The notes beneath the pieces were generated by a model that saw only the letters and a list, made by a program, of their open reading frames with translations, did not search any database and was not told the origin of the DNA. A stretch of DNA of 64,000 nucleotides from an uncultured Thermoleophilia bacterium (GTDB lineage: Bacteria; Actinomycetota; Thermoleophilia; UBA2241): contig CAVQSP010000013.1 of NCBI GenBank assembly GCA_963715985.1, forward strand, positions 192,001-256,000. The letters are read 5' to 3'. The translations under genes were made by a program, and so were the position numbers. Below, one piece after another: positions 52,313-62,321 of the stretch; position 1 is the first letter of the stretch, and every line of letters starts with the position of its first letter.

Positions 52313-52624
52313 TCAGGAGAGCTTCTCCCTGGCCTTGGCGATGAGCTCGTTGGCCTCTTTCTGAGCCCTCTCCAGCAGGTCGGCGGCCTCCTTCTTGGCC
52401 CGCTCCAGGAGCTCGGCGGCCTCGGCCTTGGCCTTCTCGATGATCTCGGCCGCCTCGGCCTTGGCCTTGTCGGTGGTGGGCTTGGCCTTCTCGCTCCAGT
52501 CGCCGGCCTTGGCCTTGGCCTTCTCGCCGAGGTCGACGGCCGTGGCCTTTGCCTTGTCGAGAGCCGGTCCCGACTTCTCCTTGGCGTCCGCTGCGGCCTG
52601 CTTGGCCTTGTCTGTGATCCCCAT
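52313..52624 (-). CDS. Lys/Ala/Glu-rich LEA-like repeat protein
   Basis: GGAGG RBS; MGITDKAKQ followed by 11-residue KAKAEAAE(I/L)(I/L)E-type repeats. Confidence 0.75.
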   Translation of the reverse strand: MGITDKAKQAAADAKEKSGPALDKAKATAVDLGEKAKAKAGDWSEKAKPTTDKAKAEAAEIIEKAKAEAAELLERAKKEAADLLERAQKEANELIAKAREKLS

Positions 52625-52731
52625 GAGGTCCTCCAGTCTTCGGTGCGTGGTGGTCTGGTTCTCACTGTACCCGGCTCGAGGCATCGCCAAGTGGGGACGA
52701 GGGCGGCCGGCCGTCGCGGGGCTGCTCGCGG

Positions 52732-53505
52732 TCACTTCACGAAGTAGACGACGGCGATGACGACTCCCAGGACGACGACCACGGTGCGGAGCGTGCTCGC
52801 CGGCACCCTGCCGGCGAATCGTCCCCCCAGCGAGCCGCCGATGAGGGCGCCGACCGCCATGACGGCGACGGCGCTCCAAACAACGCCGCCGGCCGAGGCG
52901 AACAGCACGGCCGCGGCGGCGTTGGCGAAGAACGAGATCGCCTGCTTGAGCGCGTTCACGCGGGTAAGCGAGTCGGGCAGCGCCAGCGAGAAGAGCGACA
53001 GCAGGATGATGCCGAGACCGGCGCCGAAGTAGCCTCCGTACACGGCGCCGGCGAACGCGGCCGCGACGCCGGCGACGCCCGCGCGGCCCGCCGCGTCGTG
53101 CTCGCGGAGCCGCCTGACGGCCGTCTTCTTGAGCCACGGCTCGGCCGCCAGCAGCGCCGTGGCCAGCAGGACGAGCCACGGCACGAGCTGGCCGAAGAGC
53201 TTCTCGCCGGTGAGCAGCAGCAGGGCGCCGCCGATCAGGCCGCCGGCCACGGCCGGCACGAGCATGACCCACACGCGCCGCCGCTGGCCGCTCAGGTCGT
53301 GGCGCTGGCCCAGCGTGCCGCCGAGGTAGCCCGGCACGAGGGCCACCGTGTTCGTCGTGTTTGCGTTCAGCGCGGGCACGCCCACGGCGATGAGTGCCGG
53401 GAAGGTGATCAGGGTCCCACCGCCGGCGAGGGCGTTCACGGCTCCGCCGCCGACTGCCGCCAGGCCGAGCAAGCCGAGGTCGAGCGCCGTGATGGTCACG
53501 GGCAC
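52732..53505 (-). CDS. TauE/SafE family (sulfite exporter) membrane protein
   Basis: NALAGGGTLITFP, YGGYFGAGLG, NALK. Confidence 0.93.
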   Translation of the reverse strand: MPVTITALDLGLLGLAAVGGGAVNALAGGGTLITFPALIAVGVPALNANTTNTVALVPGYLGGTLGQRHDLSGQRRRVWVMLVPAVAGGLIGGALLLLTGEKLFGQLVPWLVLLATALLAAEPWLKKTAVRRLREHDAAGRAGVAGVAAAFAGAVYGGYFGAGLGIILLSLFSLALPDSLTRVNALKQAISFFANAAAAVLFASAGGVVWSAVAVMAVGALIGGSLGGRFAGRVPASTLRTVVVVLGVVIAVVYFVK

Positions 53506-53535
53506 ACGCAGACGTACGGCGGGCGCGGGCCGGGT

Positions 53536-53805
53536 CTACTTCTTCAGCGCGTCGCTGGCCTTCTGCGCCAGGTCCGAGGCCTCCTGCTTGGCCTGCTCGA
53601 GGTGGGGCTTCGCCTTCTCCGCGAGCCCGGCCGCGTCGGTCTTGGCCTGTTCCATCATCGGCTTGGCTTTCTCGCCGTACTCGGCCGCCTTCTCCTTGGC
53701 CTTCTCCAGGGTCGGTGCGGCCTTCTCCTGCAGGTCGTCCGCGGCGGCCTTGGCCGCCGCCGCGGCCTCCTCGGCCATCTGCTTGGCCTTGTCGAAGAAT
53801 CCCAT
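53536..53805 (-). CDS. Lys/Ala/Glu-rich LEA-like repeat protein
   Basis: GGGAG RBS; MGFFDKAKQ followed by 18-residue repeats (KAxPxxE + xAKxxAxxxxE). Confidence 0.8.
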   Translation of the reverse strand: MGFFDKAKQMAEEAAAAAKAAADDLQEKAAPTLEKAKEKAAEYGEKAKPMMEQAKTDAAGLAEKAKPHLEQAKQEASDLAQKASDALKK

Positions 53806-53883
53806 GCTCCCTCCCGGTGGTCGGCTCTGCGCCTGTGCAGACCTTGTACCCTGCGCCGCTTGCGACGCATCTCCTGCATATGC

Positions 53884-53912
53884 TTGACTGAGCTATATCA
53901 AGTAGATATAGT
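53884..53912 (+). promoter_or_regulatory. Sigma-70 promoter with overlapping palindromic operator (likely PadR site)
   Basis: TTGACT-N17-TATAGT; CTATATC-N5-GATATAG at 53893-53911. Confidence 0.8.
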
Positions 53913-53946
53913 AAGTTTCGTCATAGCAAGCGACAACGGAGGAACG

Positions 53947-54555
53947 ATGCCCCGGGAGAACAAGACGAAGTACGCGGTGCTCGGCCTGCTCACCTACGGC
54001 CCTCTCTCCGGGTACGACATCAAGCGCATCTACGCGCAGAGTCTCGGCAACTTCTGGAGCGAGAGCTACGGCGCCATCTACCCCATCCTGAAGCGGCTCG
54101 AGGAAGAGGGCCTGGCCACCTCCGAGGTGCAGCGCCAGGCCGGCAGGCCCGACCGCAACGTGTACACCATCACCGACCTGGGCCGCGATGAGCTGCACCG
54201 CTGGCTGGCGCAGCCCCCCGAGCCGGTCAAGGAGCGTGTCGAGCTGCTGCTCAAGCTGTTCCACGGCTGGGAGATCGGGCCCGCTGCCATGATCGAGCAC
54301 GTCAAGCAGACCCGCGCCCAGCACGTCGCGCTCCTCGAGCGGTACGCGCACTACGACGAGGTGATGACGCGCGACAACGAGCCGCCTTCGCCGTACTGGC
54401 TCATGACCGTGAGCTGCGGCCGGCACAACAGCACGGCGTACATCGACTGGTGTGACGAGACCATCGCCAAGCTGGAGCGACTCCCCGCGGAGCCGCGCGC
54501 CGGCGCCGAGAACTGGACCCCGACGGACCATCAGGACCTGGAGGCGAACGAATGA
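53947..54555 (+). CDS. PadR family transcriptional regulator
   Basis: AVLGLL...SGYDIK...FWSESYGAIYP-x-LKRL...YTITDLGR. Confidence 0.95.
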   Translation: MPRENKTKYAVLGLLTYGPLSGYDIKRIYAQSLGNFWSESYGAIYPILKRLEEEGLATSEVQRQAGRPDRNVYTITDLGRDELHRWLAQPPEPVKERVELLLKLFHGWEIGPAAMIEHVKQTRAQHVALLERYAHYDEVMTRDNEPPSPYWLMTVSCGRHNSTAYIDWCDETIAKLERLPAEPRAGAENWTPTDHQDLEANE

Positions 54556-55193
54556 CCACCGAACCGACCCGCACGGCCCTGCTCCTGGACGGGCGCCGCG
54601 ACGACGAGCCGACCCTCGCGCTGGCGCACGACGCGCTGGTCGGCGGCCTGGCCGCAGGCGGCTGGGCCGTCGACGACTGGCGCCTGCGCGACGACAAGAT
54701 CGCCTGGTGCGCCGGCTGCTTCAAGTGCTGGACGCAGACGCCCGGCGTGTGCGCCCACCGCGACGACGGGCGCACCGTCGCCGAGCGCTGGGTCCACAGC
54801 GATCTCGTCGTCTTCCTCACGCCGGTGACGTTCGGCGGCTACTCGTCCGAGCTCAAGAAGGCGCTCGACCACGTGATCCCGATCCTGCAGCCGTTCATGC
54901 AGAAGCGGCGCGGCGAGACGCGCCACCCGCAGCGCTACGTGCGGCGGCGCGACCTGCTCGTGGTCGGCACCGTCCCTGCCGGCGAGGCCGGCGGCCCCGA
55001 GGCGACGACGTTCCGCCGGCTGGTGGAGCGCAACACCCTGAACATGCAGCCGCCGCGCTGGACGGCCGGCGTGCTCGAAGAGGGCGCCGGCGAGTGGGAG
55101 GTCCGCGTGGCGGTCGCCGCTCTGCTCGCCGAGGTGGGCGTCGAGGGCGAGCGCGCCGCACATGGCGCCGGCCGGGAGAAGGTGGTCGCATGA
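54552..55193 (+). CDS. Flavodoxin-like (iron-sulfur flavoprotein-type) protein
   Basis: CAGCFKCW...C-x-x-x-DD, TPVTFGGYSSELKKALD. Confidence 0.85.
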   Translation: MTTEPTRTALLLDGRRDDEPTLALAHDALVGGLAAGGWAVDDWRLRDDKIAWCAGCFKCWTQTPGVCAHRDDGRTVAERWVHSDLVVFLTPVTFGGYSSELKKALDHVIPILQPFMQKRRGETRHPQRYVRRRDLLVVGTVPAGEAGGPEATTFRRLVERNTLNMQPPRWTAGVLEEGAGEWEVRVAVAALLAEVGVEGERAAHGAGREKVVA

Positions 55194-55882
55194 ACGCTCC
55201 AAAGCAGGCGCTGCTGCTGGTCGGCAGCCCCAAGCCGGGCGAGAGCACCTCGGAGTCGCTCGGCGCCTATCTGCTCGACGATCTCGAGAAGCGCGGTGTG
55301 AGGACGCAGACCCTGCACGTCACCAAGGCGGTGCGCACGGAGGAGTCGATTGCGGAGTTGCACGCGGCCGTCGCCGCGGCCGACCTGGTCGTCCTCTCGT
55401 TCCCGCTGTACGTGGACAGCCTGCCTGCGCCGGCGATCCGCGCGCTCGAGCTCATCGCGGCGGAGCGCGCGGGCGAGGCCGGCGCCCGTGCGGCAGGCCC
55501 GGACGGCCAGGCGTTCGTCACCATCTGCCAGTCGGGCTTCCCGGAGGTGGACCACAGCGAGGTCGCCGTCGAGATCTGCCGGCACTTCGCGCAGGACGCC
55601 GGGTTCGAGTGGGCCGGCGGGCTGATCCTGCCCGCCGGCGGCATGCTCGACGGCCAGCCGCTGGCCAAGATGAAGGGCATGATGCGCACGGCGGTCGACG
55701 CGCTCGACCTCAGCGCCGAGGAGCTGGCGGCCGGACGGCCGGTGCCCGACGAGGCGGTCCGGCTCATGGCCAAGCTGCCGATCCCCGCGTTCGGCTACCG
55801 CTTCATGGCCAACCGGGGCTGGCACTCGCAGTTCAAGAAGCGCGGCGAAGGCGAGTCGTTGAAGGCGCAGCCGTTCGCCTGA
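55190..55882 (+). CDS. NAD(P)H-dependent FMN-binding oxidoreductase (flavodoxin fold)
   Basis: LLVGSPK...S, FPLYVDSLP, SGFPE. Confidence 0.85.
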   Translation: MNAPKQALLLVGSPKPGESTSESLGAYLLDDLEKRGVRTQTLHVTKAVRTEESIAELHAAVAAADLVVLSFPLYVDSLPAPAIRALELIAAERAGEAGARAAGPDGQAFVTICQSGFPEVDHSEVAVEICRHFAQDAGFEWAGGLILPAGGMLDGQPLAKMKGMMRTAVDALDLSAEELAAGRPVPDEAVRLMAKLPIPAFGYRFMANRGWHSQFKKRGEGESLKAQPFA

Positions 55883-55908
55883 GGCCGCGGACGCGTTCCT
55901 CCCAGACC

Positions 55909-56975
55909 CTACACTGCTTGGGGGTCTTGGGCCGGCATGGGCTGCGCCGCACGCGCCTGCTCCTCGCGGATGAGCAGGCGGATGGTCACGAAGGTGACGA
56001 GCACGATGGCGAGGCCGAACACGGCCGTCAGCTGCTGCCGGTAGAAGGCGAAGAACTCGTTGATGAAGAGCGTCACGAGCACGGCGCGCTCGAACCAGCG
56101 GTACGCCGTGAGCCTCGAGTGTCGCCAGCGCAGGATCCCGATGACGACGAGCACCCCGGCCGCCAGGGCGGACGCCACCTGTCCCTTCTGGGCGAAGTCC
56201 ATCGCCGCGACGCTCGAGGCGGCGACGAACGGGTAGGCCAGCGACACCAGCGCGAGGGCCACGTACCAGCCGACGACGACGATCCTGAACCAGCGGTTCG
56301 CGCTGATCCGGGCGATCCAGCTGCCCAGGCGCGCCTTGAGCCGCAGGAGCGCAGGCGGCGCGGACGCGGGGACGTCTGTCATGCCTTCCACCATCGTCCT
56401 GAGCTGCCCGACGATCGGGTCGGTCTGGTCGCAGCGCGCCAGCATCGCCAAGGCGTCGGCGCGCTCGGCCTGGTCCATGTCGCGGATGACAGCCTCTTTG
56501 GCCAGGTCGAAGGCGTTGACGAGCGCCGACTGTGGCGACACGGCCAGGCGATGCGGATGATCGCCCGGGCGACGAGGAACAGCACCACGAAGACCAGGTA
56601 GATGATGGCGATGGCGGGCTTGAAGAAGTAGTCGTTGTCGGACGTGATGAACTTGCCGAGCTCGTCGATGAAGAGGCCGAAGCCGATGCCGGCGGCGAAC
56701 GTCGCCAGGACCTTCCAGAGGCGGCCCTGCATGGCCATGAAGAGGACGAGGGCGATGAGCATCCCGAGGCCGCCCCACAGCAGGTGGGCGAAGTGGATCT
56801 TGCCGCCGCCGAGCTGCGGCCACCGGTCGCCGCGAGGGCGGCGCGCACGATGAGGATGGTGGCGAAGGCCGTGACCAGGAAGAGCTCGAGGTCACGGCCC
56901 GCGTAGATGCTGCGCACGAAGAAGGATCGCTTCGGGGCGGCGCAGCGACACTGGCCTGCGCCTCGACCCTGCCAT
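55909..56975 (-). CDS. Conserved hypothetical membrane protein (several frameshifts)
   Basis: PQLGGGKIHFAHLLWGG, GFGLFIDELGKFITSDNDYF across consecutive frames. Confidence 0.7.
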
Positions 56976-57015
56976 CGGCGATCCCTGTGATTCCAGTCGG
57001 CCACTCTGGACTCCT

Positions 57016-58526
57016 TCAGAGCAGTCGTGAGAACAGCCGGTAGATGGAGTTCCGGAACTTCGCTGCGCGCTGAAGCGATTGCACCCACTCGAGCGTGACC
57101 TCGCAGCACTCAGCGATGTCCTTCTCGTACTGCGTGGCGTAGTTCCGTCGCGATGGTATCGTCGTAGAAGATGGACACCACCTCGTCGTGCAGGATGAAG
57201 CTGCGGATGTCCCAGTTGCAGGTGCCGATGAGCGAGAACTGGTCGTCGACGGTCACGGTCTTCGCGTGCAGAAAGCCTGCCTTGTACTGGTAGACCTTCA
57301 CGCCGGCGCGCAGCAGCTGCGGGTAGTAGGCGTGCGCGGCGTAGAACGGGATCTTCTTGTCCGGCACGCCGGTCATCATGAAGCGCACGTCCACTCCCGC
57401 CGCGGCGCCTGCGCACATCGCCGTGATCAGCGGTTCGTCCGGCACGAAGTACGGCGACTGGATCCAGATGCGCCGGCGCGCGTTGGTGAGGGCGATGATG
57501 AACACGTCGCGGATCGTCTTGAAGTCGGTGGCCACGCTCGAGTGCAGCACCTGTACCGGCGTGCCTTCGCCGGGCGCGTGCGTCCGTCGGCTCGGCCGCG
57601 TACCCCGTGACCAGGTCTTCCTTGCGCCCGTTGAGCAGCCACGTGGCCGCGAACAGCATGAGGTAGGGCGTCACGACGGGGCCGGTCAGGCGGAACGACG
57701 TGTCGCGCCAGACGGCGAAGCGCGGCCCGCCGTCGATGTACTCCTGGCCCATGTTCATGCCGCCGCTGTACACGCTCTTGCCGTCGATGATCACCATCTT
57801 CATGTGGTTGCGGTAGTTGATGTGCGAGAGGTGCTTGAAGCACGGGACGACCACGGCGCCGGCCGGCGGCGAGCTGCTTGAGCTCGTCCTTCTTGTAGGT
57901 GATGCAGCTCAGCCAGTCGTAGATGATGTGGACCTGCACGCCGGCCTTGAGGCGGTCGAGCAGCACCTCTGTGACCTTGGCCGTGAGCTCGTCCTGCTCC
58001 CAGATGAGGTACATGAGGTGGATGTACCTGCTCGCGCCGTCGCCATCTCCTCGAGCAGGCGCCGGGAACTTCTGCGAGCCGGCCGTGTAGATCTCGACGG
58101 TGTCGGCCGGCAGCGGCACGATGCCGTCCTCGTGACGGCCTGTGGACTCGACCCGCGCCGCCCGGTGTGCCCTCCATGCTCGCCGATCGCGGCCTCAGAG
58201 AAGCTCCGCGTTGGCGGCCAGCGTCGGCGCCAGCGAGCGTTCGGCGAGCCGGGTCCATCTGCGCCGAGCACTCTCGGTGCGCCTCCTGGACGCGCGCCGG
58301 TAGTTCCGCCCGATGAAGAAGTAGGCGACGATGCCGATGACCGGCACCAGCATGATCACGAACAGCCAGGCGAGCACGGTGCTCGGGTCGCGGTCGTCGG
58401 TGGCGAGCGCGATCACCACGCCCGCCAGCGCGAGCAGGATGATGATCTCGAAGACCCAGCCGGCGACGCTCTGCGCGGTGACGGCGGTGAGCAGCGTGCG
58501 CGGCCGGGCAGCGCCAGGGCGGTCAT
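57016..58526 (-). CDS. cls: Cardiolipin synthase (many frameshifts)
   Basis: N-terminal DPSTVLAWL...YFFIG; two HKD motifs, NYRNHMKMVIIDG and LHAKTVTVDD; SPYFVPD. Confidence 0.88.
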
Positions 58527-59188
58527 GCCGCCCTCCGCGCCGCACGCCGCGCGTGCTCGGCCCGCCAGATCGGGTCGATCAGCACGAGCAGCGAGATGGC
58601 CAGGTACACGACGACGGCGGCGACCGGCAGGATGAGCCCGAGCAGCGTCGCCGCGGCCTGGATGATCACGGCCACGCGCCGCTGCCGGTCGAAAGCCTTG
58701 AGCTCGGCGTCGGCCGCGTCGTCGGCCGCGACGCCCGGGGTGCGGCTCGCATAGCCGAACATCACGTTCACCATCAGCGAGGCCAGCGTGAGGTTGATGC
58801 CGAAGATCACGACCGCGATGTGGGCGGCGCTGTCGTCGAGGTGATTGGCCAGCAGGCTCGTCGTGAAGGGGAGGAAGGAGACGAAGAGCAGGAGGACCAG
58901 GTTGAGGCCCATCATCACCTGGTCCGCCGCCTTGGTGAACCGCGTCAGGTTGCTGTGCGCCATCCAGACGCCGCCGATGAAGGCGAAGCTGACGAAGTAG
59001 CCCGAGGTAGCTCGGCCACTCAGCGCCCAGCTCGTGCAGCAGGGCCTCGCGGGTCGAGTGGGACGTGCAGCTCGAGGACCAGCAGCGTGATCGCGATGGC
59101 GAACACGCCGTCCGAGAACGCCTCGAGACGTGTGGTCGGCAGGAGGCGGCTCTCGATGCCTCCGCCTTGTGTTCCCGTCGTCAGGCAT
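58523..59188 (-). CDS. TMEM175 (DUF1211) family potassium-channel-like protein (frameshifts)
   Basis: SRLEAFSDGVFAIAITLLVL, YFVSFAFIG..W..H, SFLPF. Confidence 0.88.
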   Translation of the reverse strand: MPDDGNTRRRHREPPPADHTSRGVLGRRVRHRDHAAGPRAARPTRPARPCCTSWALSGRATSGYFVSFAFIGGVWMAHSNLTRFTKAADQVMMGLNLVLLLFVSFLPFTTSLLANHLDDSAAHIAVVIFGINLTLASLMVNVMFGYASRTPGVAADDAADAELKAFDRQRRVAVIIQAAATLLGLILPVAAVVVYLAISLLVLIDPIWRAEHARRAARRAA

Positions 59189-59218
59189 CGTGCTCCTCTT
59201 GTCAGGGTTGTGCGATGT

Positions 59219-59990
59219 TCAGTCGAGTTCCTGCGTGCCGCCGCCGCTGACGGTGAGCACCTGACCGCTCACCCACGAGGACATCGGGGAGACGAGGAAC
59301 AGCACGGCGTTCGCCATGTCCTCGGGGTCACCCAGGCGGCCCAGCGGCGTGTGCTTCAGCATCTGCTTCTCGATCTCCGGGGTGAGCACCGTCGCAAGCG
59401 CGTGGGTGCGGGTGGCTCCCGGGGCGATGGCGTTCACGCGGATGCCCTTCGGGCCGAGGTCGAACGCCATGTTGCGCGTGAGGTGGTCCACGGCGGCCTT
59501 GGACGCGGCGTAGGACGTCATGTTGCCGTCCTTGTTCTCGCCGGCCATGGAGCTGACGTTGACGATGGCGCCGTGGCCGGCGGCCTCCATGTGCGGCGCG
59601 CAGAGCTGGCAGAAGCGGAAGCCGGCGAAGACGTTGAGCTCGAAGGCCCACTCGAACTGGTCCAGCGGCATGTCGAAGGGCTTGCGGTCCGCCGCCGCCG
59701 GCGTTGTTGACGAGGATGGTCACGCCGCCGAACGCGTCCACCGCCGCCTTCACGACGGCCTCGCGCTGGTCCTCGCTCGGTCACGTCGCAGGCGAGCGCG
59801 GCGGCTCTGCCGCCGGCCGCGCCGATCGCCGTCGGCGACCTCCTGCGCGGTCGCGGCGTCGAGGTCGCTGACGAGCGACCGCGGCGCCGGCTTCGGCGAG
59901 CCGCTCGGCGATGGCGCGGCCGATGCCGGCGCCGGCGCCGGTGACGACGGCGACCTCGCCGGAGAGGTCGAGCAGTGAGTCGAGCGGCAT
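59219..59990 (-). CDS. hdhA: 7-alpha-hydroxysteroid dehydrogenase-like SDR (frameshifts)
   Basis: TGAGAGIG, NNAGGGG, NMTSYAASKAA, NMAFDLG, WVSGQVLTVSGGGTQELD, very like E. coli HdhA from recall. Confidence 0.8.
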
Positions 59991-60008
59991 GGGAGTCTCC
60001 TCTCAGTC

Positions 60009-60745
60009 TCAGTTCCGGCGCCACGGAAGTGGCAGACGTACCGGCACGTGTCCCCGCCGAACGACCTGTGACTCGCCGGGAGCGACGGCTTGCCGCCGAT
60101 GCGGTGGCAGTACAGACAGGTGGCGAAGGCGCCCGAGACGGGGTGCGTGACCTTGGGCGCCGGCAGCGCCGCCACACCTGCGGCGGGCGGCTGCTGGGTC
60201 TGGTCCGGGTTCCCGACGTGGCAGAACGAGCAGCGCTGCACCCGGAAGGACAGGTGGTCCGCCGGCATGCCGAGCTTCTGCGCCGGGTCGCCGTGGCAGA
60301 GCACGCAGCGCTCCTCCAGGTCCGGCCGTGGCGTGCGGCACGACGGTCGCCGGCTCCGTCTCGTGGCAGGCCTCGCAACTCGAGGTGGGGAAGTTGCGGT
60401 GCGTCACCGGCAGCGTGTGCGCCGCGACGGAGTGGCAGGTGCCACAGGCGGCGGTCTGCCGGTCGACGGGGTGCGGGATGCCGACCATGCCGGCCTGGCC
60501 GTGACACGAGCGGCAGTCGCCCACGGTGAAGCCGGCGTGCGAGGCCGGGAGCTTCGCGATCTCGTGGCACTTCACGCAGTCGGCCTTGTCGCCGGTGACG
60601 CCGTGCGGGATGGCCGGTGCGGCGGCCGGCGACCCCGCGGTGAGTGGGGACCTTGGCCGAGACTGCCCAGGCGAACGCGCAGGCGGCGGCGATCAGCACG
60701 ACGAGGACCATGACGACGACCGCGGAGACGATCTCTGTGCGTCAT
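60009..60745 (-). CDS. Membrane-anchored multihaem cytochrome c, about 8 haems (frameshifts; ends approximate)
   Basis: N-terminal TM; CVKCH, CRSCH, CGTCH, CEACH, CVLCH, CSFCH, CLYCH, CRYVCH. Confidence 0.85.
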
Positions 60746-60754
60746 CTCATCACC

Positions 60755-62096
60755 TCAGACCATGTCGAAGCGTTCGGTGTGCACGCGGTCGCGCGGGACG
60801 CCGATCTGCGGCAGCGCCTTCTCCATCGCGTCCATGAGCGCGTTCGGCCCGCAGATGAAGTACTGGAAGCGCGTGAAGAGGCGCTCCGGCAGGTGCCGCT
60901 TCAGGATGTCCGTGTCGATGAAGCCGCGCTCGCCGGTCCAGTCTTCGCCGGGCCTGGCGAGCACGCGCACGACGGTGAGGTTGTCCATGCGCCGGTCCAG
61001 CTCGGCGAGCTCCTCGTCGTAGGTCAGGTCGGCCTCGTCGTTGGCGCCGTAGAACAGCACGATGGGGCGCACGTCCCCCCGCTCCTCCATGGCCAGGACC
61101 ATCGCGCGCAGCGGCGTGATGCCGACCCCGCCGCCGATGAGCCCGTACCCGGCGCCCTCCTCGCGGTCGATGGTGAACACGCCGTGCGGACCGTCGACCC
61201 ACGCCTTGGCGCCGGGCTTCACCTGCGGGACCACCTTGCCCGACCAGTCGCCGAGCGCCTTGATCGTGAACGAGACCTCGTCGCCGGGCTGTTCCGCGTC
61301 GTTGGCCGAGGAGATGCAGATCGGGTGCTGCGTCATGGCGAAGGGCGTGCGGCCGAAGCCGATCCAGGCGAACTGCCCCGGCTCCGCCGTGAACCCCTTG
61401 TGACCCCTGGGCTTCACGACCACGGTGCGGGCGTTGCCGTGCTCGGGCCGGTTCTCGACGACCTCCCACGGCCGGCTCCAGAGCCGCAGCGGCTTGAAGA
61501 GCCGGTAGCGGAGGAACAGCCCGATGAACACGACCAGGTACACGGCCCAGAGGGCCTGCATGACGGGCATCGCCGCGAAGCGGCCGACCGCCACGATGTG
61601 GATGCACGGCCGTGGCGACGAGCGCCATGGCGAGCACGCCGTGCGTGGCCTGCCACAGCTCGTAGGGGGTGTGCAGCCGCTTGCGGAGCAGCGAGAGACC
61701 CACGACGAGCAGGACGGCGATGAAGGCGACCGTGCCCATCCACACCGGCCAGGCCATCCCTCCCCCCGGCCAGAGGATCGCGGCCGGGTAGGCGTGCGAG
61801 AGGATGAGCAGCGCCGGATGCGCCAGCACGAGCAGGAACGCGGCGATGCCGATCTGGCGGTGGAACTGCAGCAGCGCGTCCTCGCCGAAGGCGCCCGCGG
61901 CGCCCTTGGTGCGCGTGACCAGCGCCAGCTCGAACGCCATCAGCGCGAGCCCCAGGTAGCCGAGGGCGTCGGCAAGCGCGACGCCGAAGTCGGCGGCGTC
62001 GGCCGAGCTGATGAAGACGGCGCCGACGACGAGCGGCAGGAAGACGATGAAGGCGTACAGCCCGAGCCAGAAGGCGCCCTTGACGATCAGCCTCAT
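60755..62096 (-). CDS. Ferric-reductase-like TM domain + FAD/NAD(P)H-binding domain (NOX-like flavocytochrome; frameshift near 61605)
   Basis: His pairs FHRQIG...LAHP and THG...HI; QHPICISS; DGPHG; GGGVGITP; ICGP; ERF. Confidence 0.9.
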
Positions 62097-62168
62097 GGAG
62101 TCTCCGGCTGGGCGGACGGGGCGGGCCGTGTGACAGACGCCGTAGCCTGAAGCCCGGAACTCGGAAGT

Positions 62169-62294
62169 GACACAAGTGCCTCCCGTGTGACCAGATGACA
62201 AGTGGCAGTGTCAATTGGCAGTGCCACTTGACATCGTCTGACTGAGCCGCGATAGTGCACCACGAATGCACTACGTGTCAAGTGGAAACTTGGC
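62169..62294. promoter_or_regulatory. Palindromic operator-like array between divergent genes
   Basis: 42-bp imperfect palindrome at 62194-62235 and CAAGTG copies at 62173, 62199, 62225 (reverse) and 62279. Confidence 0.6.
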
Positions 62295-62321
62295 TCTCGC
62301 TTGTGAGAAGGTGAAAGGGGA

